Assembly: GCA_947591495.1 (NCBI GenBank)
Contig: CANQDG010000007.1
Coordinates: 1,334-65,333, forward strand
Source of the DNA: an uncultured Bacilli bacterium
GTDB taxonomy: Bacteria; Bacillota_I; Bacilli_A; ML615J-28; CAG-313
Reading direction: 5' to 3'
DNA length: 64,000 bases
This document shows, piece after piece, positions 56,304 through 64,000 of the stretch. The notes under the pieces are model-generated. The model saw only the letters and a list, made by a program, of their open reading frames with translations. It was not told the origin of the DNA and ran no database searches. Numbering within the stretch: the stretch's first letter is position 1; each line of letters starts with the position of its first letter. A program made the position numbers and the translations under genes.

Positions 56304-58730
56304 TTATCTTTTCTTTCTTAATAATATTAAACTAGCACCTAAGATAACAAGTGATGTTATGATTACATAAACACCGCTTTTCTTACAACTACATCCTTTT
56401 TTAGAATCCGTTTTTGAAAGTGGTTCACCTTCAGTTTTTCCACATCTTCTACATGTTTTTGGTGCATCAGTTGTTGCATCCATAAAGTCATGGCCTAATG
56501 GCTTGCCTTCAGTTGCACCGCACTTTTTACATGTTTTTGGTTTTTCACATGTTGCATCTTCAAAGTCATGTTCACATGGTGCTGTACCAAAGACTAATTC
56601 TTCACTCTTTTGTTCTTCTAGTTCTCCTTCTACTTCATATTTAATTACTAATTGGAAGTGATATTCGTTATTTTCTAAATCTAAATCATTGAAGGTTTCT
56701 GTCCCAGTTCTTTTCGCAAGTATTTGCTTTTCACCATCTTTTAAAATATATGCTTCTGTTACAATACCATCTAAATCTTCATAAGTATATGTAATGGATA
56801 CTCTACTTTTTTGTCTTTCTTGCCCTTCAAATTTAGTGATTTTAGGTAATTCATACGAAAGCGTACTAGTTGTTATTTCAGGGCCTTCTTTTTCATAAGT
56901 TTCTTGGGTATTAGTATTTTGAACTGTATAAGTATAATTAATCTTATATTCTTTATCTTTAATTAAATCGTCTATTTCAAAACGATCAGTATCAGGCATA
57001 TTATAAACATGGTCGGTTATTTTAATCGTAGCACCAATGGTTTTTAAAACTTCATCGGTTTTTTCTCTAGTAACCATAAATCCTCTTGTTTGTCTTATAA
57101 ATTTTAAACCTGAATCATAAGGTGTAGTTTCACCATAAAGCATTGCTTCATATTCTTCACCTTTATATATATAATTTACTTTTATAACATATTCACTATC
57201 ATCTTTTAAATCAGGGATTGTAAGGCTATCACCCTCAAAATCATATGTCTTATCATCAACTGTTACTTTAATATCGGTTAATTCGTTTACGAAAGGTAAT
57301 TGTTTTTTATTTAATCTAATAGTTGTTGGAGTTGAATTAACTTTACGGCTAACAAGACCTGGATCTCTTACAACAAAGAAAAGGCCGCTTGCAACTGCTC
57401 TTTGAGCTCCAGGAGTTGCGCTATCAACGGTTGAACTTACAACATCAAAGCCATCAGTTGCATTACGATAAATAGCGGTAACTGATCCACCACCATCATC
57501 TTGCCATGCATTATATGCATGATAGTAATTCAATAACGCATTGGTTTCGGTATGAACGGTTCCCCCTTTACTGCTAGAACTTTTATCTCTAACCGTCATA
57601 AGAAAATAACTTCCATCTTCATTAACACCAAAGATTGAACGTGGTCTTGTACCTGTATTATAATCACTGCTTGATGATTGTTGAACACCATTTCGAACCT
57701 GAACCGTATGATATCCTGTAACTGATTCAACCGCGTTTGCTTCAAGTTGATCATATTGTTGTTCAACAATAACTTTTGTTCCCTCAGTAAGCATTGCAAG
57801 TAATTCCGGGTTAGTTGTTTCAATCGCAAATTGACCTTGGGTAAGAGTTATGCTATTAGCAATTTTCGAAATAACTCCTTTACCATAAAAAGAATCAACA
57901 GGATGATACTGTTTATTTCCTTCTTGGTAATCACGTGAATTATTCATATAGGCTAAATCAGCATTTTCCACAATATATAAATTATGTTCTGAACTTACAT
58001 CTTTACTTTCAAAAGTAGCAGGTTCTATAGCACTTTTATGACCACTCCAAACCATAGTTTGATTATTATCAGGGCTTTGATTATAGCCATCTACACTAAA
58101 GCATCCTATTAATGCATCATTATCATCATAAATTTGAATTTCAATACTTGAACTACCGGTAATATTAATAAAAGGGTTTTGTGGATTATTTGTAATTGCA
58201 ACCCCATTAGAACTTCCACCCATTGGATTAATCGTAAATAAGTTTTGGCCATCCATTGTAAAAGGATAGTATGTTTGATTTTTATAATAGAAATATCCAC
58301 CTTTTTGGGAACTACTATTGGTTTCATAATACCACTGATCGGCATTTATTCCCGCAAGCACAATCCAACCAGGATGTTTTTCTTCATAATCTCTTGCAAG
58401 ATCAGAAAGTTGCGTTGTAGCAAAATTACTATTACCAGATTGTCTAATCCATGTAACAAGTTTTGATGATACACCATCGGTTTTCATACTAAAGTAGTTA
58501 ACGTTTTTTTCACTACCTAAAATGCCTTTTGTTGTAGAAGCTCCTTCCATATGTGAATAATACAACCCATATCTTTCCTTAATTTCTTCGGTTGTTTTAT
58601 CCCAATAACTTGAATTAGTGCTATCAGCACTATCATGAGCTTTTGCGACAAACGGGTTAAAAAGTAATATGCCACAAGCCATTACAAAGCTAAACAATAG
58701 GGCTAAACAGATTTTTTTAATTTTTTTCAT
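56304..58730 (-). CDS. secreted, C-terminally membrane-anchored protein with a phosphodiester glycosidase-like (DUF2233/NAGPA) domain, Ig-like repeats and two Cys modules
   Basis: 808 aa with a signal peptide. RPRSIFGVNEDGSYFLMTVRD...AWQDDGGGSVTAIY resembles the DUF2233 core. C-terminal TM helix followed by LRKKR. Confidence 0.55.
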   Translation of the reverse strand: MKKIKKICLALLFSFVMACGILLFNPFVAKAHDSADSTNSSYWDKTTEEIKERYGLYYSHMEGASTTKGILGSEKNVNYFSMKTDGVSSKLVTWIRQSGNSNFATTQLSDLARDYEEKHPGWIVLAGINADQWYYETNSSSQKGGYFYYKNQTYYPFTMDGQNLFTINPMGGSSNGVAITNNPQNPFINITGSSSIEIQIYDDNDALIGCFSVDGYNQSPDNNQTMVWSGHKSAIEPATFESKDVSSEHNLYIVENADLAYMNNSRDYQEGNKQYHPVDSFYGKGVISKIANSITLTQGQFAIETTNPELLAMLTEGTKVIVEQQYDQLEANAVESVTGYHTVQVRNGVQQSSSSDYNTGTRPRSIFGVNEDGSYFLMTVRDKSSSSKGGTVHTETNALLNYYHAYNAWQDDGGGSVTAIYRNATDGFDVVSSTVDSATPGAQRAVASGLFFVVRDPGLVSRKVNSTPTTIRLNKKQLPFVNELTDIKVTVDDKTYDFEGDSLTIPDLKDDSEYVIKVNYIYKGEEYEAMLYGETTPYDSGLKFIRQTRGFMVTREKTDEVLKTIGATIKITDHVYNMPDTDRFEIDDLIKDKEYKINYTYTVQNTNTQETYEKEGPEITTSTLSYELPKITKFEGQERQKSRVSITYTYEDLDGIVTEAYILKDGEKQILAKRTGTETFNDLDLENNEYHFQLVIKYEVEGELEEQKSEELVFGTAPCEHDFEDATCEKPKTCKKCGATEGKPLGHDFMDATTDAPKTCRRCGKTEGEPLSKTDSKKGCSCKKSGVYVIITSLVILGASLILLRKKR

Positions 58731-59631
58731 TTCTCATTCCTCCTTCATATTTTCCCTTTCGACCTTTTAAATAGTCATAATGAGCTTCTTCCATCATATA
58801 AAATTTATCACGATAATTAGGATCACGCATCTTTAGAACATGACGTTCACCTTTATATAACTTTTTATCCATTTTAACATATTTAGGATCAAGTTTTTCA
58901 TATTCATCCCAAAGATAAAATCGATTTCTTGTTTGATAATATAAATTCATTAAATCATAATCAAAAGTTGAAAGTTTAATAAATAAAATCCGTCTTTCAA
59001 CAATTTGATAATTACTGTTTCGTAAAACATAATTTTGCATTAACAAAATTTGATAGCCATTTAGGCGAGCTCTTATACAATATTCATAATCAAAAGTTGT
59101 TTGATAATATTCTAATTTAAAACCACCAAGTTGCCTAAAAATTGCTAAATTAAGTAAAGTTCCAACTAAATTACATCCCATACAAGGTCTTACTTCTTCT
59201 ACTTGTCTTGTGTGAATCTCACATCCTCTAAGAGGCATCGGTGTGAGGACGGCTATTTTTGATGTATTATGTTCAATTAGATATCTTTTCATAGCTAAAA
59301 AAGTATCTTCTTCATAATAATAACCTTGTTCCATAACACCACCAAATTGACAACCTGTTTTAATTAATTCATCAAGTGCAAGTTGATAATTTGCAACTTC
59401 ACCAAAATTTTCACAATTTGTATAAGAAATATTGGGGTATTTTGTTAATAAATTATAAAAAGGGGTTAAATCCTGATCGGTCATATTATATATATATAAC
59501 TGATCAAGGTGGTTAATATAACTTGTAATAGCCTCAACATTTTCTTTCATATCATAATTATCATCCATTCGTTTGGTAATTAATAAGGCCATACTAATTT
59601 TAACTTTGGGGAGTTTTTCTTTATTTTCCAT
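58717..59631 (-). CDS. glycosyltransferase family 2-like protein (possibly degenerate DxD)
   Basis: 304 aa. GT2-like layout (KISMALLITK..., FDYEYCIRARLNGYQI). Overlaps the next gene by 14 nt. Low-confidence motif reading. Confidence 0.4.
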   Translation of the reverse strand: MENKEKLPKVKISMALLITKRMDDNYDMKENVEAITSYINHLDQLYIYNMTDQDLTPFYNLLTKYPNISYTNCENFGEVANYQLALDELIKTGCQFGGVMEQGYYYEEDTFLAMKRYLIEHNTSKIAVLTPMPLRGCEIHTRQVEEVRPCMGCNLVGTLLNLAIFRQLGGFKLEYYQTTFDYEYCIRARLNGYQILLMQNYVLRNSNYQIVERRILFIKLSTFDYDLMNLYYQTRNRFYLWDEYEKLDPKYVKMDKKLYKGERHVLKMRDPNYRDKFYMMEEAHYDYLKGRKGKYEGGMRNEKN

Positions 59632-59706
59632 TATAATACCTCAACTATTATTATAGCATATTTTTGTTTATGATAATATTTTAAACGCTTGTTATATATA
59701 TATTTA

Positions 59707-59742
59707 TTAAAAAAGAAGGACTTTTTCAACATGAAGTCCCTC
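59707..59742 (-). terminator. intrinsic terminator after fba
   Basis: GAGGGACTT / AAGTCCTTC stem with 1 mismatch, followed by TTTTTT on the minus strand. Confidence 0.6.
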
Positions 59743-59751
59743 ATTTTTTAA

Positions 59752-60615
59752 TTAATTATTTTTATTTATTGAACCAAAAACCATCATTTTTTCAGTTACA
59801 GCACTGGCAATACCTTTTGAAGCAGGGCCTAAAATCTTACGTGGATCATAAACTTTACTATTTTTTTCATCACTTAAAAATTCTCTTAAAAGTTTATTGA
59901 AAGCAAGTTGACATTCAGTATTAACGTTAATTTTGCAAGTTCCACAAGCGATTGCTCTTTTAATTTTATCATCAGGAATACCTGTTCCACCATGTAAAAC
60001 AAGTGGCAAATTAGTAGCTTTGCCAATGGCTTCCATTTCAGTAAAGCCTAAAACTGGTTCTCCTTGATATGGGCCATGAACTGAACCAAGGGCAGGTGCT
60101 AACGCATCAACACCAGCTTCATTTACAAGGCGTACACATTCATTTAAATCGGCATATTTAATACCACCAATAACACCATCTTCATTACCACCAACAGTTC
60201 CTACTTCAGCCTCAACACTTACTCCTCTTGCGTGTGCATAATCAACAACTTCTTTAGTCATTGCAATGTTTTCCGCAATCGGATGATGTGATCCATCAAT
60301 CATAACAGATGTAAATCCGGCATCAACTGCTGCTTTACAACTTGCAAAAGATGATCCGTGGTCTAAATGAATAGCAACATCAACACTGATATTTAATCCT
60401 TTCATTAAACCTTTAACCATTCCCACAACGGTATCAAATCCACCCATATATTTACTAGCGCCTTCCGAAACACCAAGAATAACTGGTGATTGATTTGCTT
60501 CAGCAACCTCAAGAATCGTTTTAGTCCATTCAAGATTATTAATATTGAATTGACCTACGGCGTATTTTCCCTTTTTTGCTTTATTTAACATTTCACACAT
60601 ATTTACTAATGGCAT
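59752..60615 (-). CDS. fba: class II fructose-1,6-bisphosphate aldolase
   Basis: [29 protein letters not shown] and [10 protein letters not shown]. The ATG at 60615 lies 8 nt after AGGAGG. Confidence 0.93.
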   Translation of the reverse strand: MPLVNMCEMLNKAKKGKYAVGQFNINNLEWTKTILEVAEANQSPVILGVSEGASKYMGGFDTVVGMVKGLMKGLNISVDVAIHLDHGSSFASCKAAVDAGFTSVMIDGSHHPIAENIAMTKEVVDYAHARGVSVEAEVGTVGGNEDGVIGGIKYADLNECVRLVNEAGVDALAPALGSVHGPYQGEPVLGFTEMEAIGKATNLPLVLHGGTGIPDDKIKRAIACGTCKINVNTECQLAFNKLLREFLSDEKNSKVYDPRKILGPASKGIASAVTEKMMVFGSINKNN

Positions 60616-60742
60616 ACATGAACCTCCTTTTACCATCTTTTACATATATATCTTACTTTAAATATTTTTAAAAGTAAAATAAATGACGTTTTTATTTTTC
60701 ATAACATATATATAAACATTATTTTAATTAACTAATTTATTT

Positions 60743-60776
60743 AAAAAAGACTGTTAACATTAACTTGTTAACAGTC
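60743..60776 (-). terminator. intrinsic terminator after the 840-aa LRR gene
   Basis: Perfect 10-bp stem GACTGTTAAC / GTTAACAGTC with an 8-nt loop, followed by TTTTTT on the minus strand. Confidence 0.75.
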
Positions 60777-60791
60777 AAAATATAAAAACAA

Positions 60792-63314
60792 TTAAGCAGT
60801 TTGTTTAGTCCAAGTATAACGACAATATTGACCAGTTAAATATGATGCGGCTAATTCTGAATTGTTTAAATCATCAGAAGATATAATTCTCCTATTTAAT
60901 TTCCAATTATTTGGATCTTCAAATATTAGTTCTTTTAGATTTGTGCATTCGGCGAACGCACCCCATCCTATACTTATAATACTAGATGGAATAGTTATAC
61001 TTTGTAAACTTGTACACTTATAGAAAGTAGAGTCTCCTATACTTGTTACACCTTCTTCTATTCTTACATCACTTAAATTTGTACAACCAGAGAAGGCATA
61101 TGATCCTATACTTTGAACACTGGATGGAATAGTTATACTTTGTAAACTTGTACAATCATAGAAGGCATATGAGCCTATACTTGTTACTCCTTCTTCAATT
61201 GTTACTTTTTTTAGATTTATACAACCAGAGAAGGCAGATGAGCCTATACTTTGAACTCCTTCTTCTATTGTTACTTCACTTAAATTTGTACAATCAGAGA
61301 AGGCATATAATCCTATACTTTGAACACTGGATGGTATGGTTATACTTTGTAAATTTGTACAATCTCTAAAGGCACTCAATCCTATACTCGTGACACTGGA
61401 AGGAAGGATTATACTTTCTAAACTTGTGTATTCATAGAAAGCGTAACTTGATATACTTGTGACACCTTCTAGCATATCTTCTGTGATATTTGTTATTTCT
61501 TCTCCATTCATCTTTAATATTGCTTTACCATTTGATAATGGATTATTGGGTGTATAACCGGCAGCCGCTTCATATTCTGATATAAAACTAATTTGGAACC
61601 ATGATGCTAAACTTGCGATATTTACTTCTTTTAAATTTTTGCAGTTATCAAAGGCATCCTTGTCTATACTTTTTACACTGGATGGAATAGTTATACTTTC
61701 TAAATTTGCACAACCACAAAAAGCTCCTTGGCCTATACTAATTACTCCTTCTTCTATTGTTATTTTTATTAAACTTTCACAACCAGAAAAGGCACCAAAT
61801 CCTATACTTGTGACATTGGATGGGATAATTATATTTTCTAAACTTGTACAGCTACTAAAGGCATATTCTCCTATACCGGTGACACTAAACGGAATTATTA
61901 TATTTTCTAAACTTGTACAGCTACTAAAGGCATATTCTCCTATACCGGTGACACTAAACGGAATTATTATACTTTCTAAACTTGTGCAGTAATAAAAGGC
62001 ATATTCTCCTATACCGGTGACACTGGATGGAATAATAGTATCTTTACATCCTGCAATTAATGTATTAGTACTTGTTTCGATTATGGCATTACAATTATCT
62101 CTTGAATCATATATAGGATTATTTGAGTCTACGATAATACTTGACAGATTTGAACAATAAGCAAAAGCACCTAATCCTATATTTATTGTATTTTTAGGAA
62201 TAATCACCTTACTAAAGCTTCCTCCTGCAAAGGCAACATATGGTATATTATCTACTGTATCTGGAATTTCTAATTCTTCAATTAACTTATCATTTACATA
62301 TAAATTATGTGCATATAATAATGGATTATCATCATTAAATTCAATTTTACACCAAGATTCTATGCTTTGAATATTTACTTTTTTTAGATTAGTGCAATCA
62401 TAAAAAGCTCCATTCCCTATACTTGTGACACTGGATGGTATGGTTACACTCTCTAAACTTGTACAGCCTTCAAAAGCAGATTCTCCTATACTTGTGACAC
62501 TGGATGGTATGGTTACACTCTCTAAACTTGTGTAACCATAAAAAGTTCCCAACTCTATACTTGTTACTCCTTCTAACATATCTTCTGTAATATTTGTTAT
62601 TTTTTCTCCATTTATTTTTAATACTGCTCCTTCACATAAAGGGTTGGCACTATAAGTAGCATAATAAATACTAAAACTAATTTTACACCATGAAATTATA
62701 CTTTGAATATTTACTTCATGTAAATTTGTGCATCCGGCGAACGCACCCCATCCTATACTTGTAATACTCGATGGAATGGTTATACTTTCTAAATTTGTAC
62801 AGCTTCCAAAGGCACCACGTCCTACACTTGTTACTAATATATCATTATAATAGTTCGGAATAACAACCTTGGTTGCATCTTTATTAGTAAGCCGTTGTAC
62901 TTCATATGTATTATCCTCAAGTAGACTATACTCTAATACATCTTGATAATCGCATATGCTACATTTACCATTTTCATCAAAGATATGTTCTTCTTTATCA
63001 ATTATGTTATGACAATTTTTACATTCTTGTATATGTTCTAGATTACTATAAGCAAGTGCTATATATTGATGACCTAGTTTTTTTATTGTTACATCACTTA
63101 TTTCTTTTTCACCTTTTGCATCAGAAAAATATTTATTACATGTGGTACATTTCCAATATTCGATGTTACCTTCCTTTTCACAAGTGGCTTTCGTTTTTTC
63201 ATAATATTTTAAATCATGTTGGTGATTATCGTTTTTCTTTTTACAACCAACAACATTAAACATTATTACAAAAACAGTAAAAATACTTATTATTTTAAAA
63301 ATATGTTTTTTCAT
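60792..63314 (-). CDS. surface lipoprotein: Cys/His module plus BspA-type leucine-rich repeats
   Basis: 840 aa. Lipobox NVVGC. The N-terminal ~160 aa and C-terminal ~45 aa are close paralogs of 33109-34953. Contains many 23-aa LRR units. Confidence 0.8.
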   Translation of the reverse strand: MKKHIFKIISIFTVFVIMFNVVGCKKKNDNHQHDLKYYEKTKATCEKEGNIEYWKCTTCNKYFSDAKGEKEISDVTIKKLGHQYIALAYSNLEHIQECKNCHNIIDKEEHIFDENGKCSICDYQDVLEYSLLEDNTYEVQRLTNKDATKVVIPNYYNDILVTSVGRGAFGSCTNLESITIPSSITSIGWGAFAGCTNLHEVNIQSIISWCKISFSIYYATYSANPLCEGAVLKINGEKITNITEDMLEGVTSIELGTFYGYTSLESVTIPSSVTSIGESAFEGCTSLESVTIPSSVTSIGNGAFYDCTNLKKVNIQSIESWCKIEFNDDNPLLYAHNLYVNDKLIEELEIPDTVDNIPYVAFAGGSFSKVIIPKNTINIGLGAFAYCSNLSSIIVDSNNPIYDSRDNCNAIIETSTNTLIAGCKDTIIPSSVTGIGEYAFYYCTSLESIIIPFSVTGIGEYAFSSCTSLENIIIPFSVTGIGEYAFSSCTSLENIIIPSNVTSIGFGAFSGCESLIKITIEEGVISIGQGAFCGCANLESITIPSSVKSIDKDAFDNCKNLKEVNIASLASWFQISFISEYEAAAGYTPNNPLSNGKAILKMNGEEITNITEDMLEGVTSISSYAFYEYTSLESIILPSSVTSIGLSAFRDCTNLQSITIPSSVQSIGLYAFSDCTNLSEVTIEEGVQSIGSSAFSGCINLKKVTIEEGVTSIGSYAFYDCTSLQSITIPSSVQSIGSYAFSGCTNLSDVRIEEGVTSIGDSTFYKCTSLQSITIPSSIISIGWGAFAECTNLKELIFEDPNNWKLNRRIISSDDLNNSELAASYLTGQYCRYTWTKQTA
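61809..62015. repeat. three tandem 69-bp LRR-unit repeats with ~60-nt perfect stretches
   Basis: Units start at 61809, 61878 and 61947. They encode IIIPFSVTGIGEYAFSSCTSLEN twice. Confidence 0.85.
62416..62531. repeat. 69-bp-spaced duplicate with a perfect 47-nt match
   Basis: CCTATACTTGTGACACTGGATGGTATGGTTACACTCTCTAAACTTGT occurs at both 62416-62462 and 62485-62531. Confidence 0.85.
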
Positions 63315-63336
63315 AAATTACTCCTTCTTTTGTTTT

Positions 63337-64000
63337 TTATTTTTCTTTAATCCAATCATACATATAATATCTACTAGTTAAATATGTTGCAGCTATAGTA
63401 TAATTATTTAAGTTATCAATCGATAGAATAATATTATCTACTTTCCAACCTTTTGGATCGGTAAATATTACACTTGTTAAATGACTACATTTAACAAAAG
63501 CATTTTTTTCTATAGCACTCAAATCTTTAGGTATTATAACCTTAGTAAAATTACAACCAGTAAATGCATATGAATTAATTTTATTTATTGTTTTTGGTAT
63601 TTCTAACTCTTCAATTAATTGATTATTTAAATATAAATTATGAGCATAATTTAAAGGATTAGATGCCTCGGTGCCAAATTTTATCTTTAACCATGCATCA
63701 AGACTTGTAATATTAACTTTTTCTAGATTACTACACCAAGAAAAAGCATATTCTCCAATATCTACAACACCTGTTCCAATTGTTATATCTTTTAAATTAC
63801 TGCACCAAGAAAAGGCATATTCTTTGATACTTATTACGTTTGGTCCTAGTGTTATACTTTCTATATTATTACACCATTCAAAAGCTCTAACTCCTATACT
63901 TGTCACACTATTTGGAATCTTAATTTTAGTGAAACTTCCACTATGAAATGCATAATCATTGATTTGAGTTATCGTTTCTGGTATTTCTAATTCTTCAATT
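63337..64000 (-). CDS. BspA-type LRR surface protein, C-terminal part (CDS continues beyond the window end)
   Basis: The frame stays open upstream of the track start (…IEELEIPETITQINDYAFHSGSFTKIKIPNSVTSIGVRAFEWC…). The C-terminus is paralogous to the other two LRR genes. Its stop lies 22 nt before the next LRR gene. Confidence 0.8.
   Translation of the reverse strand, partial: IEELEIPETITQINDYAFHSGSFTKIKIPNSVTSIGVRAFEWCNNIESITLGPNVISIKEYAFSWCSNLKDITIGTGVVDIGEYAFSWCSNLEKVNITSLDAWLKIKFGTEASNPLNYAHNLYLNNQLIEELEIPKTINKINSYAFTGCNFTKVIIPKDLSAIEKNAFVKCSHLTSVIFTDPKGWKVDNIILSIDNLNNYTIAATYLTSRYYMYDWIKEK

Noticed and set aside
61148-63946. Plus-strand ORFs 61148-61369, 61639-61992, 62906-63259 and 63671-63946, antisense to the two terminal LRR genes
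   Set aside because: The reason is the same as above: they are antisense shadows of repetitive coding sequence, with no independent support.

Overview
AT-rich, Bacillota-like chromosomal window. It uses the standard genetic code: TGA, TAA and TAG all act as stops, and there is no UGA read-through. About 74 of 77 genes lie on the minus strand. The core content, in coordinate order, is: ddl (partial) and a murF-like gene; sufCDSUB; a tightly packed rnfCDGEAB operon that continues into NusG-II/Gx-transporter/apbE and an unknown membrane protein; pyruvate:ferredoxin oxidoreductase; murE; rsmI-yabB-ricT-holB-tmk; truA-ecfT-ecfA2-ecfA1; the complete S10-spc-alpha ribosomal superoperon (rpsJ to rplQ, including secY, adk, map, infA, rpmJ, rpoA); and fba. 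Accessory material sits between these core blocks. It includes five lipoprotein or secreted proteins that combine Cys/His-rich modules with BspA-type 23-aa leucine-rich repeats (17.2-20.1 kb, 33.1-35.0 kb, 60.8-64.0 kb). It also includes a cluster of a GT2-like protein, a phosphodiester-glycosidase-like protein and a GLUG-repeat lipoprotein. No rRNA, tRNA or CRISPR was found. The main second-look items are: (1) a 353-bp MITE-like element with 22-bp terminal inverted repeats and an 8-bp target duplication that splits the truA terminator; (2) the mosaic, repeat-expanding LRR lipoprotein family and its apparently uncharacterised Cys/His module; (3) a MurF-like ligase whose N-terminal domain is replaced by a polytopic membrane domain; (4) an AlbA_2/HATPase_c_4 gene broken by one in-frame TAA, behind four phased 10-bp repeats; (5) the extended rnf-flavinylation operon with an orphan membrane protein. 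All functional calls rest on motif recognition by eye, with no searches run.
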